DNA of 63,280 nt from an uncultured Candidatus Saccharibacteria bacterium (GCA_964421995.1 CAYQYW010000006.1:1-63280), one strand, 5' to 3'. Positions 11,777-20,552 are shown, numbered from the stretch's first letter. The notes: a model not told the origin generated them from the letters alone. Made by a program: numbers and translations.

Positions 11777-11891
11777 CTGTTCTGGCGACGACCTACTCTC
11801 CCTCTTGCGAAGTACCATCGGTGCTGACGGGCTTAACTGCCGTGTTCGGAATGAGAACGGGTGTGACCCCATCGCCAAATCACCAGAACAG
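11777..11891 (-). rRNA. rrf: 5S rRNA
   Basis: The reverse complement reads CUGUUCUGGUGAUUUGGCGAUGGGGUCACACCCGUUCUCAUUCCGAACACGGCAGUUAAGCCCGUCAGCACCGAUGGUACU...GAGAGUAGGUCGUCGCCAGAACAG, a canonical 5S with closing helix I. Confidence 0.95.
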
Positions 11892-12196
11892 AGCTTTCAA
11901 AAAACAATGTTCAAATATAATTACATACAGCTTAAATAAGTGCATTCTTATTTACGATTTTCAAATTTCCTAACAGGAAACGACGAATTAGTACTCCTCA
12001 GCTTAATGTGTCGCCACACTTCTACTTAGAGCCTATCAACCTAGTCGTCTCCTAGGGGTCTTAATGATATCTAATCTTGAGGTTGGCTTCCCGCTTATAT
12101 GCTTTCAGCGGTTATCCATTCCCAACTTAGCTACTCAGCAATGCCACTGGCGTGACAGCTGATACACCAGAGGTCAGTTCACTCCGGTCCTCTCGT

Positions 12197-12987
12197 CATG
12201 TTATTCCCTTGTTTCCAAGAGCACAGACTATATCTTCACCCTTCTTGCATGAATTCAAGTGTCGGGTGATGGCGTGTTACCTACAGGTTTTGTCTTATAT
12301 ACATAAGATTCAAAAGTCTGTAAGTCTGTCTTACTACTGGTGTGTAGTAAGAACAAGTCGTTACGGGGTCAAACCCAAACGTAGATGTAACTCTTCTTTA
12401 TTGAGTGTATTGTTGTTTGAATAATTTTCACCTTTTATAATGAACATCAAATCAACAATCTTGCGTATTTGTTTTTCAGTCATATTTTTCATTGGTGTAT
12501 CAATTAAGATATCACCTGCTTCAATCAATGCTTTTGTTTGCACTTTTTTGAAGCGAATGAATGGTTTCATTAATACAAGAATATCTCGTACTTGTTTAAA
12601 CCCATTAATACGTAGCTCAGATATACCATCATTTCTTTGTGTGATATACCCAATACCAAAAACATTACGCATCCAATAAAGAGGTTCCTCATGTCGAGAA
12701 TCTTGATATAGGCAGATTGTTGTCATAAAACGAAATCCACGTTTTGTGTCATTTCGTTTCTTTATTTGCAACATCAAACTACCATCACCATCAAGAAATC
12801 CCGCTATATATGCTACATCTGTTTTAGATCGACTTCCCACGGTATTACCTTAAAGAGGTTGCGGTCCTCAAGCGAATCATATCATACTTGGACCAGTCAT
12901 GATACATTCTAAAACCGAAACTTATGAAGGCTTCACCGTTATAGCCATCTTGTCATCATAGATTCCTCTATGAAGTAGCAATCTCTT
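12197..12987 (-). mobile_element. Group I intron 1 (791 nt), carries the LAGLIDADG ORF, inserted in the sarcin-ricin loop
   Basis: Exon continuity is ...GCTCCTAGT | intron | ACGAGAGGACCGGAGTG. The 5' exon ends in U and the intron ends in G. The core motif GGGTGAAGATATAGTCT (revcomp of 12225-12241) matches the conserved group I J8/7-P7 element AAGAUAUAGUC. Confidence 0.85.
12361..12840 (-). CDS. Single-motif LAGLIDADG homing endonuclease (I-CreI-like size)
   Basis: 159 aa with a GTG start in the track. It has one LAGLIDADG motif (VAYIAGFLDGDGSL) and lies entirely inside intron 1. Its first codons overlap an intron block that is also present in the ORF-less intron 2. Confidence 0.85.
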   Translation of the reverse strand: MGSRSKTDVAYIAGFLDGDGSLMLQIKKRNDTKRGFRFMTTICLYQDSRHEEPLYWMRNVFGIGYITQRNDGISELRINGFKQVRDILVLMKPFIRFKKVQTKALIEAGDILIDTPMKNMTEKQIRKIVDLMFIIKGENYSNNNTLNKEELHLRLGLTP

Positions 12988-13034
12988 ACTAGGAGCAAAT
13001 CCTCTCAAATATCAACGCCCACTGCGGATAGAGA

Positions 13035-13068
<34 letters not shown>

Positions 13069-13143
13069 GCGTACCTTTTTAATTGGCGAACAGCCAAACC
13101 CTTGGGACCTTCTCCAGCCCCAGGATAAGGTGAGCCGACATCG

Positions 13144-13502
13144 CTATCGACTACACACGAACCATTTACTACTGCTATTACTAGCAGGATCGGACTATAT
13201 CTTCATCCTGTGTGTCTGAAACACAGGAGATCGGCGTGTTAGCTCCATCACCTTTCAGTGCTATGGAACTCCGGCATGTTACATGCCAAGTCTCTACGGG
13301 GTCATAACTCATACTGTATTACTAATCAGACTTCTGAAAATGAGTTAGACTTCCCACGGTATTGTCCACTACGTGAATCATCATTCATCAATATGAATAA
13401 TGGGCATACGTATATGGAGTTCACCGTTATAAGCCAACTTGTTTTTGTAGAAGATTACTCTTCTAGGCACCCCGATGTCTTTAGGTGTAAACTAAATAGT
13501 TA
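13144..13502 (-). mobile_element. Group I intron 2 (359 nt, no ORF), inserted in the peptidyl-transferase centre
   Basis: Exon continuity is GGCACCT | intron | CGATGTCGGCTCACC. The boundaries show exon U and intron G. An internal guide GGGUGCC (revcomp of 13466-13472) can pair with the last 7 exon nt GGCACCU, giving the U-G wobble at the splice site. The core reads GGATGAAGATATAGTCC (13192-13208). Confidence 0.85.
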
Positions 13503-13743
13503 AGGTGCCGAACACCGCCGTCGCTATGGACGCTTGGGCGGTACCAGCCTGTTATCCCCAGGGTAGCTTTTATCCGTTAATTTCCGGCCGCATCTAATGC
13601 GTACCGGAAGTTCACTATGCTCTGCTTTCGCATCTGCTCGACATGTCCGTCTTGCAGTTAAGCTCTCTTATGCCATTACACTATCGGTACGGTTTCCATT
13701 CGCACCTAGAGAACCTTAATAGACTCCTCCGTTACTCTTTAGG

Positions 13744-14054
13744 CATTTATGTTACTCAATGTATCAGATCGAGCTCCTCAATTTTGAGGACTCTATGTCG
13801 CCATAGAGATCGGACTATATCTTCATCCTATTACTAGGATGTTCCGCGTGTAGTCTCTGAGGGGTCATGTATTAAAAATAATTTAACACAGCGGACTTCC
13901 CTGCTGATTGTCTGCACCTGAAGCATTTTCACTGACATTTCTGTCGAGTAGCTCAGGATTCTCAGATATTCCAGCATATAGCGAAATGTTCACACTATAC
14001 TTACGTACAGTGGTCCCCATTTATAATTTTGATCAACACGAAGAAGTTGATCGG
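13744..14054 (-). mobile_element. Group I intron 3 (311 nt, no ORF), inserted just 3' of the P-loop
   Basis: Exon continuity is GGGGCG...GCGCCT | intron | CCTAAAGAGTAACGGAGG, with exon U and intron G. The core reads GGATGAAGATATAGTCC (13812-13828). P4/P6-like blocks CAATCAGCAGGGAA and CTATATGCTGGAA are present. Confidence 0.8.
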
Positions 14055-14394
14055 AGGCGCATTCAAGGATAGCGCCCCACTAAAACTGCCTGCCATGCAC
14101 TGTTCCAGCCCGTTTTTGCCGTTCTGGTTAGAGACTATAATTTAAAAGAATGGTATTTCACTGACGACTCCATGTAAACCGAAATCTACACTTCAAAGTC
14201 TCCCATCTATTCTACGCAGTCAAATCATAGACCCAATACAAAGCTACAGTAAAGCTCCTGGGGTCTTTCTGTCCTGCAGCGGGTAAGCGGCATCTTTACC
14301 GCTATTGCATTTTCACCGAGCAAATCCTCGAGACAGTTCCCCAGTCGTTACGCCATTCGTGCACGTCTAAAATTACTAGACAAGGAATTTCGCT

Positions 14395-14847
14395 CAAACC
14401 TTCCTTCACGGTTCGGACCATCTCTTCACCCTTATCACTATTATGATCTAGGGGCATGACGTATGGCCTCTGAGGATTTCAAAAACTGTGATTTCTTTTT
14501 TCGATTCATTTTCTCAATCTTAGATGCTATTGCTCTAAGACCAGATTCTGAAAGATGTTCTTTAGAATGAATCATCTCTACGATTTCAGAGAAAATCTGA
14601 AAAGCATCCATTTCCGTCGGTAAAACCGACAATCCACATCACCATTTTTGATCTTTCCTGCTGATTGCCCATACTTTCTAAGGAATAATTATACCATAGT
14701 TATATAGGTTTCCAGCATATAGTCATGTATTTTAGGATCAACTATGTATTACTACATAGCGAGGCAGCTTTTAACGTTTTATGTTCTGTTTATTTACGAC
14801 TATAATCAGTCCCAATCCTTCAGGAAATTAATTAATTAACTTCCTGA
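14395..14847 (-). mobile_element. Group I intron 4 (453 nt) at the classical L1931 site, with a decayed endonuclease ORF
   Basis: Exon continuity is GGCCGTAACTATAACGGTCCTAAGGT | intron | AGCGAAATTCCTTGT, with exon U and intron G. The core variant is GGGTGAAGAGATGGTCC (14415-14431). It shares CAATCAGCAGGAAA and CTATATGCTGGAAA blocks with intron 3. Confidence 0.8.
14441..14632 (-). pseudogene. Remnant (C-terminal about 60 codons) of a LAGLIDADG homing endonuclease
   Basis: The 63-aa ORF contains ...FSEIVEMIHSKEHLSESGLRAIASKIEKMNRKKK. This matches the KEHLT-x-EGL-x-KI-x-x-IK-x-x-MN tail typical of LAGLIDADG endonucleases. No LAGLIDADG catalytic motif is left. Confidence 0.5.
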
Positions 14848-14882
<35 letters not shown>

Positions 14883-16298
14883 CCGGGCATATATAGCCCA
14901 GCATAACTCTCCGAAGAGAATTACACCATCCATATTTAACCTTCGGGCATTGGTCAGGCGTCACCCCCTATACATCCTCTTACGAGTTCGCAGGGAGCTG
15001 TGTTTTTAATAAACAGTCGCCAGGGATCTTTCACTGCGGCTCATCTTTACGATGAGCAGGCCTTATCGCTAACTTACGGCCGCTGTTTTGCCGAGTTCCT
15101 TGAGGATCGTTCACTCGTTCGCCTTAGTCTTCTCGACTCTACCACCTGTGTTGGTTTGCGGTACGGATTCAATACACCTAACCTTAGAAGTTTTTCTTGG
15201 AAGGCTCTTCATAAGAATTTTCTTTGCCCGAAGGCTCCAAATCTCCCCGGCCTCCGACACTTGTGTTTCCCGGATTTTCCTAAGAAACATATCTTGAGAC
15301 AAGCGACACAAATCCAATAATGTGCTCTTACTTATTTCCTCCGTCACTCCATCGAAATGTATTGAAGTTATGGAATATTAACCATATGTCCATCGTGTGC
15401 GGCTTTCGCCATCCACTTAGGACCGACTAACCCTTGGCTGATTATCATCGCCAAGGAAACCTTGGTATTTCGGCGGGAGGGGATCTCACCCTCCTTGCGG
15501 TTACTCGTGCCGGCATTCTCACTTCCATACGCTCCAGTGTGGGTCACCCCTTCACCTTCATCGCGAATGGAACGCTCTCCTACCGCTCTATACATACAAA
15601 TATCTATAGAGCCCTCAGTTTCGGTACTATGCTTTAGCCCCGATTATTTGCGGCGCAAAATCTCTTGATCAGTGAGCTGTTACGCTATCTTTAAAAGATG
15701 GCTGCTTCTAAGCCAACTTCCTGATTGTCAGAAAAATTTTACATCCTTAAGTGCACTTAGCATAGATTTTGGGACCTTAACTTGAGATCTGGGCTGTTTC
15801 CCTTTCGTCCACAGGAGCTTAGCCCCCTGAGACTAACTGCCAGACTATTAACTTTTGGTATTCGGAGTTTGATTGGGAAGACGAGATTTCTCCCTATTCT
15901 TACCATCCAGTGCTCTACCCCCAAAAGGAACATCTGACGCCAACCCTAAAGCTGTTTCGGAGAGAACCAGCTATTACTAGGTTCGATTAGCTTTTCACTC
16001 CCTACCACAGGTCATCCGATAGCATTAAACGACTAACCGGTTCGGGCCTCCTCTTGTCTTTCGACAAGACTCACCCTGCCCATGGCAAGCTCACCTAGTT
16101 TCGGGTCTTATACATACTACAAACGCGCTATTCACACTCGGTTTCCCTACGGCTCCACTCGAAATGAGTTTAGCCACGCAGCACACATAAACTCGCCGGC
16201 TCATTCTTCAATAGGCACGCCATGACGGATGCAAGCATCCGCTCTGACTCCTTGTAAGCATATGGTTTCAGAACTATTTCACTGCCCTCACCGGGCTA

Positions 16299-16338
<40 letters not shown>

Positions 16339-17000
16339 TCTAAGAGTATTTAGCCTTACCGGTTAGTTCCGGTAGATTCACCCAAGCTATTCGTGTCTTG
16401 GGCTACTCAAGAATAACGACAAAAAAGATAGATTGTTTTCGTGTACAGGACTATTACCCTCTGTGGTGTAGCTTTCCAACTACTTCTACTAACAATATAT
16501 TTTATAACTTTTCTCACATTGAAATGTGACACCGTCATCTTACAACCCCCCATAAAATAAATCATGAGGTTTGGGCTACTTCCATTTCGCTCGCCGCTAC
16601 TAAGGAAATTCCTAAAACTTCCATATCCATACGTGGAAATATCCACCCATGGATATAGAAGTTCTGTTGGTCTCTGTTCCTCCAGGTACTTAGATGTTTC
16701 AGTTCCCTGGGTTCGCGTAATACAAACTTAACATCTGTAAAACAATTAAGGTTTACTTAATTAGGTTTCCCCATTCGGAGATCTCCGGGTCAAAGATTGC
16801 TAGACATCTTACCGGAGCTTATCGCAGTCATGCCACGTCCTTCATCGCCTCTTAGAGCCAAGGCATCCACCATATGCTCTTAAACTTCCTGTTAGGAAAT
16901 TTAAAAACCGCACATTACGTTTTTACTAAAACGTAATCAAAAAATAAAAATGCAATTACCCATTGCTGTATGTAATTGTCAATGAACTCGTGTAAAGAAT

Positions 17001-17024
17001 AAAAAAATCGCTTTCCAAAAGCGA
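17001..17024 (-). terminator. Terminator-like hairpin with a U7 tract inside the 23S leader
   Basis: Minus-strand RNA folds as UCGCUUU-UGG-AAAGCGA (7 bp) followed by UUUUUUU. It lies between the candidate promoter (17103-17130) and the 23S 5' end. Confidence 0.4.
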
Positions 17025-17102
17025 CTCGAGATGCACCAAAAATTCAGAGCTACCTCATCCGCCTTGTTTTACTAAATTTAATACTCATATACACGCTCAA
17101 CT

Positions 17103-17130
17103 AGTATATAGTATTGAAGAAATAAGTCAA
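17103..17130 (-). promoter_or_regulatory. Candidate sigma70-type promoter upstream of the 23S gene
   Basis: The minus strand reads TTGACT, a 16-nt spacer, then TATACT, followed by AGTTGAG. The architecture and flanks match the 16S promoter candidate. Confidence 0.5.
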
Positions 17131-17242
17131 CAATTTAGGGTTATTTATGTGCTTTACGAGAAGATCAGCCTATCCCTTTTAGAGTATCTATAGTAGCCTT
17201 TATTGCAAGACGTTAATTAGCTGTTTTTCTATATAGTAAAAC

Positions 17243-17270
17243 AAAAAAAACACCCTCCATAAAGAGGGTG
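17243..17270 (-). terminator. Intrinsic terminator after the 17287-17973 gene
   Basis: CACCCTC-cataaa-GAGGGTG hairpin flanked by A8 and T5. On the minus strand the stem is followed by UUUUUUUU. Confidence 0.7.
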
Positions 17271-17286
17271 TTTTTCACTTCTCTAC

Positions 17287-17973
17287 TTAGTCGTGAGAAA
17301 TGTCTTCACGCATTTTTTCCAAATAACGTGATGCTGCTTCCTGTCCACCAAGACCAAATGCAAGGCCTATAGCAAGAGATAGCGCTACGACAAAACCCGT
17401 AAAGAGTGTCTGTACAAATGCTGTAGCAACTGATAGTTGATTAAGTGCTGCAAGAATTGCAAACACCCAGATTGACCATCGAGTTACACTTCCAGCGAAT
17501 CGTGCTGATTTCATTCCAGCTGCTTTTGCTGCTCCCATCACAACATTCTGTGAGATTTCAGCAATAACTGCTGCAATAAGAAGAATCATTACTGCAACGA
17601 TCACTTGTGGAAGATAGAGAAGAACTACTTCCTGCAGGAAGATGTTCACCTGACTTAGTCCAAGGACGTCAAGAGACGCCACCAGGAAGACAATGATTAT
17701 AAACCATTTAATAAGTCCTCCAAGGAACTCTCCTGACTTTAGTCCAAAGCCAGCTCTATTTAGTACGTCTTCCATACCAGCACTGCGCAATGCATTGTCG
17801 ATCTTTAGAGAATCAACAATCTGCGCAGTAACTCGTCCAAGACCAGACCCAACGAGCCAGCCAATGGCGAAGATTACTAATGCTACGACAACACTCGGAA
17901 TAAAGTCCACAGTACCTAACCAAAGATTTTGGAAAGACTGTGTAAGGACATCAGCCCATGTTTCTAGTAACAT
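17287..17973 (-). CDS. Multi-pass membrane protein (conserved TM-helix repeat type)
   Basis: 228 aa and about 5 TM helices. It has repeated V/I/A-rich helices separated by short loops. No catalytic motif is recognisable. Confidence 0.6.
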   Translation of the reverse strand: MLLETWADVLTQSFQNLWLGTVDFIPSVVVALVIFAIGWLVGSGLGRVTAQIVDSLKIDNALRSAGMEDVLNRAGFGLKSGEFLGGLIKWFIIIVFLVASLDVLGLSQVNIFLQEVVLLYLPQVIVAVMILLIAAVIAEISQNVVMGAAKAAGMKSARFAGSVTRWSIWVFAILAALNQLSVATAFVQTLFTGFVVALSLAIGLAFGLGGQEAASRYLEKMREDISHD

Positions 17974-18238
17974 AACTTAAATTTTACCTAGGTAATAAAA
18001 CTATAAAAATCGACCCTTAGTATTATAATATCACCCTTTAAAAGAGTAATTGAGTGGTTGTGTGGATAATTTAGTTATTTTTTACAAACCGTTTATATGA
18101 CGTTTGGGTATACTTCATTTTCTTTTACGGATAATAAGCACCTTTCCTTGGGCTATTATCTTATCCTCATCCAACACAATCAGATCAAGATTTTCTTTAT
18201 CTAACCTATCTGAAATTCTTCTAGTATGATATACGTTA

Positions 18239-18832
18239 TTATTTTCTAGTATCAATAAGTATTTGATGAGGGCTATCAAACACATCCCTAATTAAACGGT
18301 CATATATACCCTGTCGATATTTAAAATCTACTGTAGTAAAACATGCAAAATTTATCTCTTTACCAAGATCTGATTCTAGTTTTTTAATACCCCTTTTCAA
18401 TACTCCTTGTTTAATTCCATCCCCTACAATCAGAATATCTATTCTTCCTTCATCATTCTGCATAAAGATACCACTCAAAATAAGCAACTTTATTTTTCCC
18501 GAAGACTTTAATGTATCTTTTATATCATTCCCGGTGAGCGCAGTGGTGTTTATCAAAAAATGTTTAAGGCTATCAAGATACAAAAATTTCTTATCAAGGA
18601 CCCATCCTTTTATTTTTACCCTCTTTCTATCCTCTTCTATCACATAGCCTGTGTCTTGTTTTACAAATCCAATTCCTTTTAGAATAGTTAATTCGCTAGA
18701 TACTTTTTCAGGCAAAACTCCAGTATGGTCAACAATTTCCCATCGCTCATAGACATCATCCTGGTTAAAGAGGAAAAATCGTAATATCTTTACTCTTGCC
18801 GTACTTCCAAACAGTTTCCCTAAAATCCTCAT
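18239..18832 (-). CDS. Winged-helix protein with a nucleotidyltransferase-like C-terminal domain
   Basis: 197 aa. The N-terminus (ARVKILRFFLFNQDDVYERWEIVDHTG) looks ArsR/wHTH-like. The C-terminal RIDILIVGD block resembles minimal nucleotidyltransferases. Confidence 0.4.
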   Translation of the reverse strand: MRILGKLFGSTARVKILRFFLFNQDDVYERWEIVDHTGVLPEKVSSELTILKGIGFVKQDTGYVIEEDRKRVKIKGWVLDKKFLYLDSLKHFLINTTALTGNDIKDTLKSSGKIKLLILSGIFMQNDEGRIDILIVGDGIKQGVLKRGIKKLESDLGKEINFACFTTVDFKYRQGIYDRLIRDVFDSPHQILIDTRK

Positions 18833-18871
18833 CGTGGCCCTATTGTAGCAAATTTGTATAGGAAATCCAGT

Positions 18872-19216
18872 CTATCGTGTTTTTGATAGTTCTACACCAA
18901 TTCCATCAATAGTATCAAAAATGTCTATCTTCTCTGCCCTTACCACAGCTCCTGTCACGCTCTCATATGAAAAACAGACTGATAGAATTTTTTCAGCTAG
19001 TGTTTCTAAAAGATTAATGTGTTTTTCTTCTGCAATTTTCTGTATTTTTTGAACAACCTCTCCATAATGAACAACAGTGGAAATGTCATCTTTTGTTACA
19101 ACAGGTAACACCTGAAGTTCAATATTCAGTAACACATTTTGAGGGTCTTTCTTTTCTTTGTCGTAGATGCCAATAGAAATTGGTAACAGAAAATTCCGTA
19201 TTATTATTTTATTCAT
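18872..19216 (-). CDS. folB: Dihydroneopterin aldolase
   Basis: 114 aa. FolB-type pattern IGIYDKEKKDPQNVLLNIELQV...VHYGEVVQKI...INLLETLAEKI. Confidence 0.7.
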   Translation of the reverse strand: MNKIIIRNFLLPISIGIYDKEKKDPQNVLLNIELQVLPVVTKDDISTVVHYGEVVQKIQKIAEEKHINLLETLAEKILSVCFSYESVTGAVVRAEKIDIFDTIDGIGVELSKTR

Positions 19217-19222
19217 GTATAC

Positions 19223-19246
19223 AATAAAACTCGCTCGAAAGCGAGC
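19223..19246 (-). terminator. Intrinsic terminator after rplL
   Basis: Minus-strand RNA folds as CUCGCU-UUCG-AGCGAG followed by UUUUAUU. Confidence 0.6.
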
Positions 19247-19251
19247 TTCTA

Positions 19252-19740
19252 TTAGTTAAGGTCTACAGAAGCTCCTGCTTCTACAAGCTTTGTTTTCATT
19301 TCCTCAGCCTCTTCTTTCTTCACACCAGCCTTCACATCGATTGGTGCTCCGTCAACCATATCCTTTGCGTCTTTAAGTCCAAGACCCAAAAGTTCTTTAA
19401 TGGCTTTGATCACTTGAATCTTTGTTTCCCCTGCTGCTGCAAGGTGAACGGTAAATTCACTCTGTTCTTCTACTCCAGCATCTCCTGCCGCGGCAGGACC
19501 TGCTGCTGCAACTGCTTGAGCTGAAACACCAAATTTCTTCTCAAGTGTTTTTACCAACTCGTGTAATTGAAGGACCGTCATGTTTTCAACTTGCTCGATA
19601 AGCGCCTTGAATTCTTTTGGAACCACTACATGCTCTGAAACTTCCTCCTTTGGAGCTTCGGGAGTTTTTGGTTCTTTGGCAGAACTTTCCTCCACCACTT
19701 CTTCAACTACAGCATCTTTCTTTACTTCGTCGTCTGACAT
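19252..19740 (-). CDS. rplL: Ribosomal protein bL12 (L7/L12), possibly with a 38-aa acidic N-terminal extension
   Basis: The C-terminal 124 aa are a canonical L7/L12 ([20 protein letters not shown]...[22 protein letters not shown]). The ATG at 19740 adds an E/K/V-rich extension. An in-frame GTG at 19626 would give a standard-length protein. Confidence 0.9.
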   Translation of the reverse strand: MSDDEVKKDAVVEEVVEESSAKEPKTPEAPKEEVSEHVVVPKEFKALIEQVENMTVLQLHELVKTLEKKFGVSAQAVAAAGPAAAGDAGVEEQSEFTVHLAAAGETKIQVIKAIKELLGLGLKDAKDMVDGAPIDVKAGVKKEEAEEMKTKLVEAGASVDLN

Positions 19741-19763
19741 ATTAGTATCTATTATGTTAATAA

Positions 19764-20255
19764 TTACGCTTCTTTCTTGTTCGCAACTTCATTAAGTGCG
19801 ATTACCAATCCTTGAATTGGTGAATTGATTATATTCGCAAACATTCCATACAGTGTATTAAGCGGTGGAATTGTTGCAATCGTCATCATCTCACTTTGAG
19901 ACATGTATTTATTTTCAAACACACCTCCCATGATTGAAAGTTGATCTTTGTACTTCTTAGCAAAAGCATGCAACTCTCTCGCTGGAGCTATTTGATCTTC
20001 TCCGTAGACAAGAGCAAGTTCTCCGGTAAGGATTGGCATGTCTCCTTCAACTGAAGAATCGCCAAACGCTTTCTTTGCTAGTCTTTTCTTCACTACCGTG
20101 TATCCAACTCCCTGTGCTTTAAGCTCCTGTCGCATTGCCTGCTCGAGGGATACCCCAAGACCGGAGAAATGTGCAAACACAACTGACTGTGATTTTGAAA
20201 TGATATCTTGTATCTTTTCAAGTATTTCTTTTTTCTTTTCCTTTGTAACTGCCAT
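19764..20255 (-). CDS. rplJ: Ribosomal protein uL10
   Basis: 163 aa. L10-type N-terminus ([27 protein letters not shown]), located immediately upstream of rplL. Confidence 0.9.
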   Translation of the reverse strand: MAVTKEKKKEILEKIQDIISKSQSVVFAHFSGLGVSLEQAMRQELKAQGVGYTVVKKRLAKKAFGDSSVEGDMPILTGELALVYGEDQIAPARELHAFAKKYKDQLSIMGGVFENKYMSQSEMMTIATIPPLNTLYGMFANIINSPIQGLVIALNEVANKKEA

Positions 20256-20388
20256 ATATACGTAAAAAGGACCTATAATGGTCCCGGAGCACTACTTGCG
20301 TAGTGTTGTTTCGACCTGGGTAGGATTTATTGATTACCTACTGTCTCCGGTACAACACTACTTTACTGTATTTATGTATATACGTCAA
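20256..20388 (-). promoter_or_regulatory. Candidate rplJ promoter plus a structured leader of about 100 nt (L10-leader-like attenuator)
   Basis: The minus strand reads TTGACG (20388-20383), a 17-nt spacer, then TAAAGT (20365-20360). A three-way junction follows: CCGGAG/CUCCGG closing helix, GUAGG...CCUAC hairpin and CACUAC-GCAA-GUAGUG hairpin. After that comes GGACC-AUUAUA-GGUCC plus UUUUUA, directly before the ATG. Confidence 0.45.
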
Positions 20389-20552
20389 TTAGCAGGCCCC
20401 CTCTTCCGCACAAGCAGTAGCCTGTGTATTCTCTGCTTCCTCAAATATGTTTATTGAAATCATTAAGACAAAGCTGATTACTAAAATTGCAATAAACCCT
20501 AAAACAAAGTTTAACGACGTTTTATTTATTAAATTCATAGGTATATATAAAC

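Noticed and set aside
16618-16661. A 44-nt extra hairpin in 23S domain I (CTTCCATATCCAT...ATGGATATAGAAG with an inner GTGGA/TCCAC stem), considered as a possible fifth intron.
   Set aside because: It is too short, has no group I core motif and shows no exon-U/intron-G boundary pattern. It fits a lineage-specific helix expansion.
18110-18240. An open 43-codon frame continuing, in another frame, after the stop of the 18239-18832 gene. I considered it as a frameshifted C-terminal extension.
   Set aside because: It has no start codon, no motif and no slippery sequence, and the upstream ORF ends with a double stop (TAA TAA).
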